Shown here: in pieces, positions 1 through 9,652 of the stretch
Layout of the letters: every line of letters starts with the position of its first letter
How positions within the stretch are numbered: the first letter of the stretch is position 1
Translations under genes and position numbers: made by a program
Assembly (NCBI RefSeq): GCF_000020385.1
Contig: NC_010814.1
Coordinates: 2,880,001 to 2,912,000 of the forward strand
Direction of reading: 5' to 3'
DNA from: Trichlorobacter lovleyi SZ
GTDB taxonomy: Bacteria; Desulfobacterota; Desulfuromonadia; Geobacterales; Pseudopelobacteraceae
Length of the DNA stretch: 32,000 nt
The notes under the pieces: generated by a model
Told to the model about the DNA's origin: nothing
The model's database searches: none
What the model saw: only the letters and a program-made list of their open reading frames with translations

Positions 1-1088
1 ATAATATGATAATGCACATAGAAAAATATCAGAGCAATCAAGGCAAAAGATGCCGAACTGCTTACAAGTTGCACAACAATCCTTTGTCTATGTTCCTTTC
101 TATTGAGCTCTGCATACTGCTTGGTTGTCTTCACAAGAACAGTATTGAAAGCAGTTATATGGTCCAATGCCTGTACCCCCCGCTGTAAAAATTCAGGTTG
201 CGGATAGGGATAAGGGCCACCGCTCAGCGCAGCGTTAAAAACGGCATTTCGGTAGGGTAAATAGCTCGTGTTATAGAAATCTTTCAACTCGCCGAGGGCC
301 CTGGGAATTGGTGATGTCACCAGATTCCGTCCCAGCGTCTCAAGCCGCCTAAAGTGGCCTTGGGAGACAAACTGCAGTTGTTCAATTTTTTTGCGTTGAT
401 CGACTGAGAGAGGTGCCCTGGACAGCATGGTGCCGGAAAGAATGGAAATCTCGGGGCCGGCACTATTGCGCAGGGAAAGTGTTGCCTGCTTTAATGATGA
501 GTATCTGGCGATCATCCCGTCTTTGTCGCTGATGTCACCTGAAATGACCTGCAGAAGATATTCCACCTTCTCCATATAGTTGGTCATTGCCGTAAACCAC
601 TGCAGTGCCAGTTGCGGGTTTCTGCCACTTTTGGGCACAAGCATTGCCAATGCCACCTGTTTGCGCAAAGCATCAATCGAAGTTTTCAGGCGTAGAATTT
701 CAGCGGTCTGGTGGTTGACCCTGACTTTTAACTCAATCTCTTCCAGTCTGGCCAGCGCACGGGACAACGCAGCATCAGCATCTGAACGGCGGGCTGCAAT
801 AAACTGCCTGTTTGCTTCCATACCTTTTACCGGACCGGCATCATTCAGAACAACATTGACGCGCCCCCGCTCAAACCCGAGATTGTTCACCACCGCATAC
901 AGGTCATCACTGATATTATTCAGTAAATATACGTTGTTTGCCTGTTCATAGGCTTTATAGGAATGATAGAGGGCAGGTAGAGAAGATAAAAGCGACAAAA
1001 ACGCGACCACAGCGAGGGCCGTATACACTATTGTGGTCAGACGCAGTCTACGGCCTAGCGGTCTTGTGCCGTTCTGGTTTTTACTCAT
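1..1088 (-). CDS. Membrane-anchored sensor protein, N-terminal part (TM, NIT-like helical periplasmic domain, TM). The rest of the gene lies beyond the window start.
   Basis: Absent from the ORF track because it runs off the window. My hand translation of the minus strand from ATG (1088..1086) gives MSKNQNGTRPLGRRLRLTTIVYTALAVVAFLSLLSSLPALYHSYKAYEQANNVYLLNNISDDLYAVVNNLGFERGRVNVVLNDAGPVKGMEANRQFIAARRSDADAALSRALARLEEIELKV...EFLQRGVQALDHITAFNTVLVKTTKQYAELNRKEHRQRIVVQLVSSSASFALIALIFFYVHYH, with no stop down to position 3. Two hydrophobic helices bracket a helical region of about 270 aa. Its L-x-x-ERG-x motif and layout resemble the nitrate/nitrite-sensing NIT domain. The family call is from memory, not a search. 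Confidence 0.65.
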   Translation of the reverse strand, partial: MSKNQNGTRPLGRRLRLTTIVYTALAVVAFLSLLSSLPALYHSYKAYEQANNVYLLNNISDDLYAVVNNLGFERGRVNVVLNDAGPVKGMEANRQFIAARRSDADAALSRALARLEEIELKVRVNHQTAEILRLKTSIDALRKQVALAMLVPKSGRNPQLALQWFTAMTNYMEKVEYLLQVISGDISDKDGMIARYSSLKQATLSLRNSAGPEISILSGTMLSRAPLSVDQRKKIEQLQFVSQGHFRRLETLGRNLVTSPIPRALGELKDFYNTSYLPYRNAVFNAALSGGPYPYPQPEFLQRGVQALDHITAFNTVLVKTTKQYAELNRKEHRQRIVVQLVSSSASFALIALIFFYVHYHI

Positions 1089-1318
1089 GATTTAACCTCT
1101 GGTGAGCTATGCATGCCTGAAAACCAAACCTGTCGGTTATGTAATGAGCATATATGAACAGTAATGCTCCCGGTTTAAAAACTCCTGTATGACGCCCCGG
1201 AGGGGGATATGTATCATAACATCCGCCATGCAAATAACCTCCTCGTGCATTGTAATTTGGAAAAACTGAGCTAGGATAAAGCCATATGCCAGCCTCCAGG
1301 CAAGCCGGAGAAAATTTC

Positions 1319-2368
1319 ATGACAAACGAACGTATAACGAGAACTGTCATACACGCTAGAGCGGTCATGTTTTTTCTTCTGCCCCCCTGCCGCAGGCTGC
1401 GTCCTTGCTTAGTACTACTTTTACTGTCGTTCTTTCAACTGTTCTTCACTTCCACCAGCTGGTCGGCCGAACCACTCAGAATCTCAGTATCTAAAACACC
1501 GTTGTCGCTCCCTGTCTACGTTGCCGACAGCATGGGTTATTTCTCGTCTGAAGGCCTGCCGATCAAGATCAGCGAGGTTATCGGGGGGCATCGTACGCTC
1601 CATGAACTCCTGGCAGGCAACGCAGATCTTGCAACCTCATCTGACGCAGTGGTGATGTTTAACAGCTTTGAGTGCAGCGATTACGCGGTGATTGCCACGT
1701 TTGTCACCAGTGCTGACGATATCAAGATCATCACCCGCTCCGGCACAGGCATTACCCACCCCCTGCATTTGCAAGGAAAGCATGTCGGCACCGTAACCGG
1801 CGCAGCCAGCCACTATTATCTGGACATGCTGCTGTTACTGCATGGTGGCGACCCCAGATCAGTACAGCTGCATAACCTGCAACCCGAGGCAATGGCCAAT
1901 GCACTCAAGCATAAGCAGGTTGATGCCGTCGCAATCTGGGAACCATACCCCTTTACCATTCTCAAGTCCGTTCCTGGAACCAGAACGCTTCCAAAATCAA
2001 GTGTTTACCGTTTGACATTCAATCTTGTCGCACACAAACGGCTTCTCGGCGTACGCGATAATGACCTGGTAAAGCTGCTTCGAGCCCTGGATCGCGCCGA
2101 GCAATTTATCAAGCTTAAACCCGCACATGCCATGTCCATTCTTCGCAACCGTCTTCAGCTTGACCAGTCATTCATCTATTGGATCTGGCCCCGATACAAC
2201 TATCGCCTCTCGCTTGATCAGTCACTGCTCACCACCCTGGAAGGTGAGTCACGTTGGGCGCGACAGGAAGGCTACATCAAAAAGGAGCTTTCACCGAACT
2301 ATCTCGATTTTGTCTACACCGGCCCGTTGAACAGGGTGCGTCCGGAATCTATCAGTATTGTCAGGTAA
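1319..2368 (+). CDS. Periplasmic substrate-binding protein, NMT1/THI5-SsuA-TauA-NrtA-like. It is an orphan: no permease or ATPase gene is adjacent.
   Basis: ORF track 1286..2368. I chose the ATG at 1319 as the start (GGAG at 1307-1310, 8-nt spacer). ATG 1286 and ATG 1367 are alternatives. A signal-like segment LVLLLLSFFQLFFTSTSWS/AEP is followed by a typical two-lobe binding-protein sequence (LRISVSKTPLSLPVYVADSMGYFSSEGLPIKISEVIGGHRTLHELLAGNADLA...VDAVAIWEPY). Confidence 0.8.
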   Translation: MTNERITRTVIHARAVMFFLLPPCRRLRPCLVLLLLSFFQLFFTSTSWSAEPLRISVSKTPLSLPVYVADSMGYFSSEGLPIKISEVIGGHRTLHELLAGNADLATSSDAVVMFNSFECSDYAVIATFVTSADDIKIITRSGTGITHPLHLQGKHVGTVTGAASHYYLDMLLLLHGGDPRSVQLHNLQPEAMANALKHKQVDAVAIWEPYPFTILKSVPGTRTLPKSSVYRLTFNLVAHKRLLGVRDNDLVKLLRALDRAEQFIKLKPAHAMSILRNRLQLDQSFIYWIWPRYNYRLSLDQSLLTTLEGESRWARQEGYIKKELSPNYLDFVYTGPLNRVRPESISIVR

Positions 2369-2371
2369 CCC

Positions 2372-4309
2372 ATGCCGATAAGAACATTACTTAAAATTGC
2401 AATATCGACTGCCTTTCTGATGGTGCTGGGACTGGCTGCGGCCAGCTGGCTGATCACGGTTAAACTGGATGCGATTTCTCAGGCTGAAGAGCGGGCTCAA
2501 ACCGCCTCAAACAGTATCTCTCAGCTTTTGATACTGACCCATGAATATATCACCTACTCTGAAAAGAGATCCGTACAGCAATGGCAGAAGCTGCAGAGCG
2601 CACTGGTGGACACCCTGGAGGCAGGGACCCATGATGTTGTTCCGGTATCGGCTGTGGCTCTCGGCGAAGCGAAATCGTTAACCCACCTGTTCCAGCAACT
2701 TGTTGACGCAACTCCTGCCGGCACAGATCTGCAGATCCGCCAGAAAGACCTGTTGATAGACCAGGCCCTGACCCATACCCAGATCATCTCCGACTCGGTA
2801 CAGCGCTGGGGCAATGAGGCACGGAAGCAGCGGAAGCATATCGAGCAAATATTCCGCACCATCACCATCGCCATTCCTCTCCTGATGCTGTTGATACTGG
2901 TCTTATTGACCGCCATTCTGGTGCGCCGCGTACTGCGCCCCCTGTCAAAGCTTCACCAGGCGGTACTGGCAGTGGCAAACGGTGATCTGACCGTACGCAG
3001 CGCCACCTTGACAAACGATGAATTTGGCGACCTTTCCCGCACATTTGATGCAATGGCGGTGGATCTGGTGACCGAACTGAGACATGAGATCAGGATGCGC
3101 CAGCAGGTTGAAACAGATCTGGCCCAGGCAAAATGTGCGGCAGAAGCGGCCAACACAGCAAAAAGCCAGTTTCTTTCAAATATGAGTCATGAGATACGCA
3201 CTCCCATGAGCGGCGTGCTCGGCATGACCGAGCTGCTCGGCTTCACTGAACTTACCCCGGAGCAGCACGAGTACCTGAATGATATCAAGGCATCTGCCGA
3301 CAACCTGTTATCGATCATTAATGATATTCTTGATCTTTCCAAGATCGAGGCCGGTAAAATAGAGCTCGAGGCAGCCAATTTTTCGCTACAGCAGTGCATA
3401 CGGACCACAACCGCCATGCAAATGCCCAGAATACTTGAGAAACATCTGCAAATAGAAACAAAAATCAGCCCTGAAATCCCGGAAGTCGTCAATGGCGATC
3501 AGCTGCGGGTCAAACAGATCCTGCTCAATCTGCTCAGTAATGCCGTCAAGTTCACAGCCCACGGCCAGATCTCCATTCAGGCCTCCTTACTGGAAAGCCG
3601 GAACGAGCATCTCCTGGTACAGATCTCGGTCAGTGATACCGGTGTTGGCATTGCAGCTGAAGCGCTGGACAGGATATTTGATCCATTCACACAGGCTGAT
3701 GCCAGTACCTCCCGGAAATTCGGAGGGACCGGTCTCGGCCTCGCGATCTGCCGCCAGCTGGCAGAATTGATGGGGGGAGGTATCCGGGTGGAAAGCGAAG
3801 AGGGCAAAGGCAGCCGGTTCCACCTGAGACTCCCCTTCAAACGGCCTGGAGAACCGGAAAAAAGGTCTTCTGATCACCAGCTGCCAGACCACCCTCTGCC
3901 ACACCGGAAACCATTAAAAATCCTGGTGGCTGAAGACAACCCGCTCAACCTGCGGGCAGCGGAATTGCTGTTGCAAAAGGCGGGACATCATCCTCAGTGC
4001 GCAGAAAACGGCCAACAGGCCTTGGAACTTTGGCAAAGGGGAGATATCGATCTGATCCTGATGGATCTGCATATGCCCTGTATGAGTGGTGCAGAGGCTC
4101 TGCTGGTGATTCGTTCTGCAGAACAAGGTACCGGGAAGCACACGCCGGTCATCGCCCTGACTGCCGATGCGTTGAAAGGGACCAGAGAGGCTTTGCTGCA
4201 GCAGGGGTTCGACGCCTACCTGGCAAAACCGTTCCGGCTGGAAGAGCTTCTGGAAACGTTAGACAGTTGCGAGGCAAGTGCTGAGAGGGACAAACCGAAC
4301 AGCCCCTGA
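2372..4309 (+). CDS. Hybrid sensor histidine kinase / response regulator (TM, helical extracytoplasmic domain, TM, HAMP, HisKA, HATPase, REC).
   Basis: 645-aa ORF starting 3 nt after the binding-protein stop. Motifs seen: H-box SHEIRTPMSG, N-box LLSNAVKFT, G-boxes DTGVGI and GGTGLGLAI, HAMP DEFGDLSRTFDAM, and a C-terminal receiver KILVAEDNPLN...LILMDLHMP...LAKPF. Confidence 0.95.
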   Translation: MPIRTLLKIAISTAFLMVLGLAAASWLITVKLDAISQAEERAQTASNSISQLLILTHEYITYSEKRSVQQWQKLQSALVDTLEAGTHDVVPVSAVALGEAKSLTHLFQQLVDATPAGTDLQIRQKDLLIDQALTHTQIISDSVQRWGNEARKQRKHIEQIFRTITIAIPLLMLLILVLLTAILVRRVLRPLSKLHQAVLAVANGDLTVRSATLTNDEFGDLSRTFDAMAVDLVTELRHEIRMRQQVETDLAQAKCAAEAANTAKSQFLSNMSHEIRTPMSGVLGMTELLGFTELTPEQHEYLNDIKASADNLLSIINDILDLSKIEAGKIELEAANFSLQQCIRTTTAMQMPRILEKHLQIETKISPEIPEVVNGDQLRVKQILLNLLSNAVKFTAHGQISIQASLLESRNEHLLVQISVSDTGVGIAAEALDRIFDPFTQADASTSRKFGGTGLGLAICRQLAELMGGGIRVESEEGKGSRFHLRLPFKRPGEPEKRSSDHQLPDHPLPHRKPLKILVAEDNPLNLRAAELLLQKAGHHPQCAENGQQALELWQRGDIDLILMDLHMPCMSGAEALLVIRSAEQGTGKHTPVIALTADALKGTREALLQQGFDAYLAKPFRLEELLETLDSCEASAERDKPNSP

Positions 4310-4331
4310 CGGGCCGGATGTCTCACGTCAG
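4306..4331. terminator. Inverted repeat CTGACG-N14-CGTCAG spanning both stop codons of the convergent kinase and glycerate kinase genes. Possible bidirectional terminator.
   Basis: CTGACG at 4306-4311 and CGTCAG at 4326-4331. The convergent stops are only 13 nt apart. There is no clear U-run, so function is uncertain. Confidence 0.25.
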
Positions 4332-5468
4332 AGGCAACCGCCGGGCCAGCCGTACGGTTGCCGCAATATCGCGGGAGGTACGCAAGAGATTTGCAGCTGC
4401 ATCTGTTAAGGCATTCTCCGGGCTGCATGGCCGTGGCGTGACACTGAACATGGCAGCGATACCATGGCTATACGCAATATCTGCATCTGCTGCCAGACTG
4501 CCGGCAATGGCAATCACCGGTTTCCCCCAACGTGCCGCAACACGGGCCACGCCGATCAGCACCTTACCGTTCACGCTCTGTCTGTCAATACGCCCTTCGC
4601 CGGTGATGACAAGATCAGACTTTTGAACAAGTGCCTCAAAGCCTACGCTCTCCATGACCAGCTCAATGCCGGAACAGATCCTGCCCCCCAGGGCCAGTAA
4701 TGCCGCCCCCATTCCTCCGGCGGCACCTGCCCCCGGCACCGCTGCCACCGTCTTTCCCAGATCCCGGCTGATAATCCCGGCATAGTGTGCCAGGTTGGCA
4801 TCAAGCTGTGCAACCATCTCAGGACTGGCCCCCTTTTGAGGGCCAAACACCGCTGAGGCACCCTGTTCCCCCAGCAGCGGATTCGTGACATCACAGGCAA
4901 CATCAAGCGAGACGCGCTGCAAACGAGGATCAACGCCGCTCAGGTCTATCCGCGCCAGTCCCGACAAGGCGCCACCGCCAGCAGCCAGATCCCTGCCCTG
5001 TTCATCCAGCAGCGTTGCCCCGAGCGCCTGCAACATGCCGGCACCTCCGTCATTGGTTGCACTTCCGCCTATGCCGACGATGATGCGCGACACCCCTGCA
5101 TCCAGGGCATGCCGAATCAATTCGCCGGTTCCATAGCTGGTCGTCAGCAGCGGGTTGCGCGCTGTTGGGGGAACCAGCATCAGACCGCTTGCGGCTGCCA
5201 TCTCAATGACCGCGGTAGAGCCATCGCCGGTCAGCCCATAAGCGGCCTGCACCGGCCTGCCCAGCGGATCCGTGACCCTGCAGGACAGATGCGAACCGCC
5301 AGTGGCTGCCACAACCGCCTGTACAGTACCCTCGCCGCCATCAGCCAGGGGGACAATCAGGCACTCTGCCTCCGGGAACGCCGACCGGAATCCCGACTCG
5401 ATCTGCTGCGCCGCTTCCGGAGCTGTCAGGCTTTCCTTGAACGAATCAGGCGCGATCAGGATCTTCAT
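4323..5468 (-). CDS. glxK: Glycerate kinase (GarK/GlxK family).
   Basis: 381-aa ORF. N-terminus MKILIAPDSFKESLTAPEAAQQIESGFR, plus GIGGSATNDGGAGMLQALG and ITGEGRID motifs typical of the glycerate kinase family. Its ATG (5468..5466) overlaps the upstream NUDIX stop as ATGA. Confidence 0.93.
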   Translation of the reverse strand: MKILIAPDSFKESLTAPEAAQQIESGFRSAFPEAECLIVPLADGGEGTVQAVVAATGGSHLSCRVTDPLGRPVQAAYGLTGDGSTAVIEMAAASGLMLVPPTARNPLLTTSYGTGELIRHALDAGVSRIIVGIGGSATNDGGAGMLQALGATLLDEQGRDLAAGGGALSGLARIDLSGVDPRLQRVSLDVACDVTNPLLGEQGASAVFGPQKGASPEMVAQLDANLAHYAGIISRDLGKTVAAVPGAGAAGGMGAALLALGGRICSGIELVMESVGFEALVQKSDLVITGEGRIDRQSVNGKVLIGVARVAARWGKPVIAIAGSLAADADIAYSHGIAAMFSVTPRPCSPENALTDAAANLLRTSRDIAATVRLARRLPLT

Positions 5469-6013
5469 GGACAGCTTCCTCCCTCGCCGGGATACTCTGT
5501 CTCCAGATAACGGCGAACGGCCCGGCTCAGAGAACTGAAGCCGATCTTATCGTATTCCACCGCATCATGACTGACCCACAGCGCATCCTCCAGGTCATCG
5601 GCTGCCTTTACCGCAGGCGCTTCATCCCACCTTGCCAGAAATATCAGATCCAGTGTGTCATACTCAATGCCGCGATAGCGGTATTTGTTCGGGAAGGAAA
5701 AGAGATAACGCATGTCATGGACAGCAACCCCCAGCTCCTCCTGCACCTCACGCCGGGCCGCCTCCTCAGCACTCTCGCCCTGGTCCACGAACCCGCCGGG
5801 CAGATCAAGCATGCCGCGTTGCGGTTCATGTTTTCTCACCCCAAAGAGGATCTTGCCCCGGCATTCCATAATAACCGCCACCGCTGCGGCAATATTCAGA
5901 TACAGTACAAAGCCGCAGTCCGCACAGGTGAAATGTTTGGGCGAAGGCCAGGTCAGCGCCTCACTGCCGCACTGCGGACAGCGGGTGATCGGTGCATTAC
6001 TCTCTCTCGTCAT
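5465..6013 (-). CDS. NUDIX hydrolase with an N-terminal zinc ribbon (CPQC...CADC).
   Basis: The track ORF 5465..6073 begins at a TTG. I prefer the ATG at 6013 (AAGGA 7 nt upstream), which gives 182 aa. NUDIX box GGFVDQGESAEEAARREVQEELG. Zn-ribbon CPQCGSEALTWPSPKHFTCADCG. Confidence 0.85.
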   Translation of the reverse strand: MTRESNAPITRCPQCGSEALTWPSPKHFTCADCGFVLYLNIAAAVAVIMECRGKILFGVRKHEPQRGMLDLPGGFVDQGESAEEAARREVQEELGVAVHDMRYLFSFPNKYRYRGIEYDTLDLIFLARWDEAPAVKAADDLEDALWVSHDAVEYDKIGFSSLSRAVRRYLETEYPGEGGSCP

Positions 6014-6047
6014 CTGGCGATCCTTCTGTTCAGAGTGTAATCGTATC

Positions 6048-7604
6048 TCACACCGGCAGGTAGCCGCAGGCAAGCTCCGTGAATGCCGCCACCTGCGCCT
6101 CCTGCCAGGTCTGGTCCTGCCCCAGCTCGGACGCCATCAGTGCCGCAACCTGCGGCGCCGCGCTGATACTGGCGCGGGCATCCAGCAGCAGCGCCCTGGT
6201 GCGGCGGGCCAGGATATCCTCCACGGTCCGTGCCTGTTCACAGCGTGTTCCCCAGATCACCTCCCCTGCACAGTAGGGCAGCGCCGGATGCAGCGGTTCC
6301 CGCCAGGCCGGGTTTTCCGCCAGCAGCTGTTCCAGTGCTGCGGCATCGCTGCCGTAGACCTGCAAGGGCCGGTCACCGGCTACCCCTTCCTGCCAGCCAT
6401 GAATCCGCAGCTCGGCGGTAACCGATGGTCGCTCCTCCAGCCCGGCGATCTGGGCCGCTGCAGTAACCGTATCCTCCCCCATCTTGCGGTAGGTGGTCCA
6501 CTTGCCACCGGCAATGGTGATCAGACCGCTGCTCTCCACCAGCAGGGTGTGGTCGCGGGAGAGCGAAGCGGTGTCGCTGCCTGCATCGGCACGGACCAGC
6601 GGCCGGATACCGGCAAAGATGCTCAGCAGGTCGGAACGCTGCGGGTGGCGGGTCAGATAGCGGCTGGCATGGGCCAGCAGAAAGTCGATCTCTTCCGCCA
6701 GCGGACGCGGTTCCAGTCCGGCCTCCGGAATCGGGGTATCGGTGGTACCGACAATGGTACGGCCATGCCAGGGGACCGCAAACAGCACCCGGCCGTCATC
6801 GGTATGGGGCACCATGATTGCGCTGTCACCGTTCAGGAACGAGCCGTCCAGCACCAGATGCACGCCCTGGCTGGGGGTAATCAGCTCTTTGAGGGTGGGA
6901 TCAACCATCCGCCGCACCTTGTCGATGAACGGACCGGCAGCGTTGATGACGACCTTGCCCCTGATGGCAAATTCCCGGCCCGTTTCCCTGTCCAGCGCCG
7001 TTAGCCCGCTCACCAGCCCGTCTGTACGGATGATGTTGGTCACCGCCAGGTAGTTGAGCGCAACACCGCCCAGATCGGCCAGGGTCAGGGCCAGACTGAT
7101 GGCCAGACGGGAATCGTCAAACTGGCCGTCATGGTAGATCACCCCGCCCCGCAGACCGCTCGGCTCCACGGTGGGGATATGGCGCAAGGTCTCTTCCTTT
7201 GACAACAGGCAGGAGGGGCCGAGCCCCAGCTTACCGGCCAGCAGGTCGTACATTTTAAGGCCGATACCGTAGAACGACCCTTCCCACCAGTCATAGAGCG
7301 GCACCACAAACGACATGTTATGCACCAGATGGGGGGCGTTACGGATCAGCAGTCCCCGCTCCCGCAGCGCCTCCAGCACCAGCGACAGGTTGCCCTGCTG
7401 CAGGTAGCGCACCCCGCCATGGATCAGTTTGGTGCTTCGGCTGGAGGTTCCCTGGGCAAAATCCCCCTGTTCCAGCAGCAGGGTCCGGTAGCCGCGGCTG
7501 GCCGCCTCCACGGCCGTGCCAAGGCCGGTGGCGCCGCCGCCGATCACGATCATATCCCAGAGTGGGCCATCTTCAAGCTGCTGCAGCAGTTTCGCACGTT
7601 TCAT
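6048..7604 (-). CDS. glpD: FAD-dependent glycerol-3-phosphate dehydrogenase.
   Basis: The track ORF begins at GTG 7616. The ATG at 7604 forms an ATGA overlap with the glpK stop (7603..7601). FAD fold [22 protein letters not shown] and [12 protein letters not shown] are typical of GlpD. Confidence 0.95.
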   Translation of the reverse strand: MKRAKLLQQLEDGPLWDMIVIGGGATGLGTAVEAASRGYRTLLLEQGDFAQGTSSRSTKLIHGGVRYLQQGNLSLVLEALRERGLLIRNAPHLVHNMSFVVPLYDWWEGSFYGIGLKMYDLLAGKLGLGPSCLLSKEETLRHIPTVEPSGLRGGVIYHDGQFDDSRLAISLALTLADLGGVALNYLAVTNIIRTDGLVSGLTALDRETGREFAIRGKVVINAAGPFIDKVRRMVDPTLKELITPSQGVHLVLDGSFLNGDSAIMVPHTDDGRVLFAVPWHGRTIVGTTDTPIPEAGLEPRPLAEEIDFLLAHASRYLTRHPQRSDLLSIFAGIRPLVRADAGSDTASLSRDHTLLVESSGLITIAGGKWTTYRKMGEDTVTAAAQIAGLEERPSVTAELRIHGWQEGVAGDRPLQVYGSDAAALEQLLAENPAWREPLHPALPYCAGEVIWGTRCEQARTVEDILARRTRALLLDARASISAAPQVAALMASELGQDQTWQEAQVAAFTELACGYLPV

Positions 7605-9091
7605 GGCTGTGCCCACCCCTTTGAGCGCTCAACGGCCCTGTTCCAGTTGTAACGCAACTCCGCCATCCGTTCACGTTCCAGTACCGGGGCAAAGGCCTGC
7701 TCCGCCTGCCAGAGCCGGCTCAGCTCCTTGCGGTCCTGCCAGTAGCCGATTGCCAGCCCGGCCAGATAGGCCGCCCCCAGGGCGGTGGTTTCCCGCACCC
7801 TGGGCCGCACCACCGGCACCCCCAACAGGTCGGCCTGGAACTGCATCAGCAGATTGTTGGCAGTGGCACCGCCATCAACCCGCAATTCAGTCAGGGGAGT
7901 AGCAGCGTCCGCCTCCATCGCCTCCAGCAGGTCAGCGGTCTGGAAGGCGATACTTTCCAGGGTGGCCCGGGCGATATGGCCGGCAGTGCTGCCGCGGGTA
8001 ATGCCCAGCAGGGTACCGCGGGCGTAAGGGTCCCAGTGGGGCGCTCCCAGCCCGGCAAAGGCCGGGACAAGGTAGACACCACCGTTGTCCGGTACCGTGG
8101 CAGCCAGCGTTTCAACTTCCTCCGAACTGCGGATGATCCCCAGGCCGTCCCGCAGCCACTGTACCGCGGCACCGGCCGCAAAGACGCTGCCTTCAAGGGC
8201 ATATTCGGTCCGCTCCCCCAGGCGGCAGGCCACGGTGGTAAGCAGGTTCCGCTCCGAAAGGACCGGCCGCTCACCGGTCTGCATCAGCATGAAACAGCCG
8301 GTGCCGTAGGTATTCTTGACCATCCCGGGCCGATCGCAGAGCTGGCCGAACAGCGCGGCCTGCTGGTCCCCGGCAATACCGGAGATCGGCACCCGGGCAG
8401 CAAAAAAACGGGCAGCGGTCTCACCGTAGACCTGGCTGGAAGGAACAACCTCCGGCAGAATTGCAGGCGGAATCCGGAGCAGCTGCAACAGTTCCTGATC
8501 CCAGTTTCCCTCGTGGATATTGAACAGCAGGGTGCGGGAGGCATTACTGGCGTCGGTCAGATGCCGCTCGCCACCGGTCAGATTCCAGACCAGCCAGGAG
8601 TCAATGGTGCCGAAGGCCAGCTCACCCCTCTCTGCCTTGTCCCTGGCACCGGGCAGGTGATCAAGCAGCCAGGCCAGCTTGGTGCCGGAGAAATAGGGGT
8701 CCAGCACCAGCCCGGTCCTGGCCCGGAAGGTTGCTTCCAGCCCCAGCCTTTTGAGACGGTCACACTCCGCGGCAGTACGCCGGTCCTGCCAGACAATCGC
8801 ATTGTGGATCGGCTTACCGGTACGGCGATCCCAGACCACCGTTGTCTCCCGCTGGTTGGTGATGCCGATTGCCGCGATGTCAGCGGCGCTCAGCCCGGCC
8901 CGGGCAACTGCTTCCACCGCCACCCCCAATTGTGAGGCCCAGATCTCCTCGGCATCATGTTCCACCAGTCCGGGTTCGGGAAAGATCTGGCGAAACTCCT
9001 TCTGGGCCAGACCCCGGACCGTACCGTCATGATCAAACACCAGGGCACGGGAACTGGTGGTACCTTGGTCAAGTGCAAGAATAAAACTCAT
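7601..9091 (-). CDS. glpK: Glycerol kinase.
   Basis: 496-aa ORF starting [23 protein letters not shown], with FGGY-kinase motifs throughout. RBS GAGGTG lies upstream of the ATG at 9091. Confidence 0.97.
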   Translation of the reverse strand: MSFILALDQGTTSSRALVFDHDGTVRGLAQKEFRQIFPEPGLVEHDAEEIWASQLGVAVEAVARAGLSAADIAAIGITNQRETTVVWDRRTGKPIHNAIVWQDRRTAAECDRLKRLGLEATFRARTGLVLDPYFSGTKLAWLLDHLPGARDKAERGELAFGTIDSWLVWNLTGGERHLTDASNASRTLLFNIHEGNWDQELLQLLRIPPAILPEVVPSSQVYGETAARFFAARVPISGIAGDQQAALFGQLCDRPGMVKNTYGTGCFMLMQTGERPVLSERNLLTTVACRLGERTEYALEGSVFAAGAAVQWLRDGLGIIRSSEEVETLAATVPDNGGVYLVPAFAGLGAPHWDPYARGTLLGITRGSTAGHIARATLESIAFQTADLLEAMEADAATPLTELRVDGGATANNLLMQFQADLLGVPVVRPRVRETTALGAAYLAGLAIGYWQDRKELSRLWQAEQAFAPVLERERMAELRYNWNRAVERSKGWAQP

Positions 9092-9122
9092 CGTGTGGCA
9101 CCTCAGTCTGAAGTAAGTGCTG

Positions 9123-9150
9123 ATTATATCGCGGTCTGGCCACTTGGCAA
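9123..9150 (-). promoter_or_regulatory. Candidate sigma70 promoter of the glpK operon (-35 TTGCCA, 16-nt spacer, -10 TATAAT).
   Basis: Minus-strand TTGCCA = 9150..9145 and TATAAT = 9128..9123. It lies about 30 nt upstream of the glpK ATG and just downstream of the ssrA terminator. Confidence 0.5.
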
Positions 9151-9209
9151 TCGCGGGCGCCCATTCGATCAGCTCTGCATGGAGACCTACTACGGCGCTC
9201 AGGCACCCT

Positions 9210-9245
9210 CAAAAGCAAAAGCCCCCGATTTCCCGGAGGCTTTTG
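9210..9245 (-). terminator. Rho-independent terminator of ssrA.
   Basis: The minus strand reads AGCCTCCG-GGAAAT-CGGGGGCT (8-bp stem with one G-U pair) followed by TTTTGCTTTTG, about 30 nt downstream of the tmRNA CCA end. Confidence 0.7.
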
Positions 9246-9275
9246 AACTTATCCGCACCATGGCGGACGGCTAAT

Positions 9276-9629
9276 TGGTGGAGGCGGTGGGAGTCGAACC
9301 CACGTCCGAAAGACCTACGTCGAGAGCTACTACACCGTTAGTCCGTTGATCGATTTAGTCATCAGGCTGTACAGCGGACAAGACAGCTTGATGACGATCC
9401 CTGAATTTCGGACTGCGTATCGGGCTTACACGATCCTATCCGGTAGTGAATGACGTTCCCTTCCTACCACCGACATCTCAGTCGGGAACGCCTGTTAAGC
9501 AGCTAGTGCAACAGGTTGGGTGTTATAATTGTCGGCAGATATTGCCGTGCAGGTTTATTAAGGTCGGCCACCTGCCCCGACCCGGTGCAACCCAGGAGTT
9601 CATTCCCCCGTCGAAACCTTTACGCCCCC
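9276..9629 (-). ncRNA. ssrA: tmRNA (transfer-messenger RNA), 354 nt with encoded CCA.
   Basis: The 5' end is GGGGGCGTAAAGGTTTCGACGGGG and the 3' end is GGACGTGGGTTCGACTCCCACCGCCTCCACCA. The 7-bp acceptor stem contains the G3-U pair needed for alanine charging. An internal tag reading frame is present. The gene lies immediately downstream of smpB. Confidence 0.95.
9495..9536 (-). other. tmRNA tag-peptide reading frame: (A)DNYNTQPVALAA then stop.
   Basis: The minus strand reads GCC GAC AAT TAT AAC ACC CAA CCT GTT GCA CTA GCT GCT TAA. The tag has the canonical ALAA C-terminus. Confidence 0.75.
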
Positions 9630-9652
9630 AGTTTTCAAAGATCCATATTTAT

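Noticed and set aside
580-951. A 123-aa plus-strand ORF from the track, together with 6..188 (+).
   Set aside because: It lies antisense inside the minus-strand sensor gene (1-1088), which reads through without stops and has TM and NIT-like features. The plus-strand translations have no recognisable motifs.
6014-6073. N-terminally extended starts given by the ORF track: NUDIX 6073 (TTG), glpD 7616 (GTG), smpB 10236, glnD 11225 (GTG), transposase 16944 (TTG), rpsB 29639 (GTG).
   Set aside because: In each case a downstream ATG has a proper Shine-Dalgarno or ATGA coupling and coincides with the conserved N-terminus of the family. The extensions add non-conserved residues and overlap the upstream gene or intergenic signals.
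9092-9275. A possible genomic island integrated at the ssrA 3' end, which is a classic integration hotspot.
   Set aside because: I saw no duplicated ssrA 3' fragment (GGTTCGACTCCC) elsewhere in the window and no adjacent integrase. ssrA is followed directly by its own terminator and the glpK promoter.
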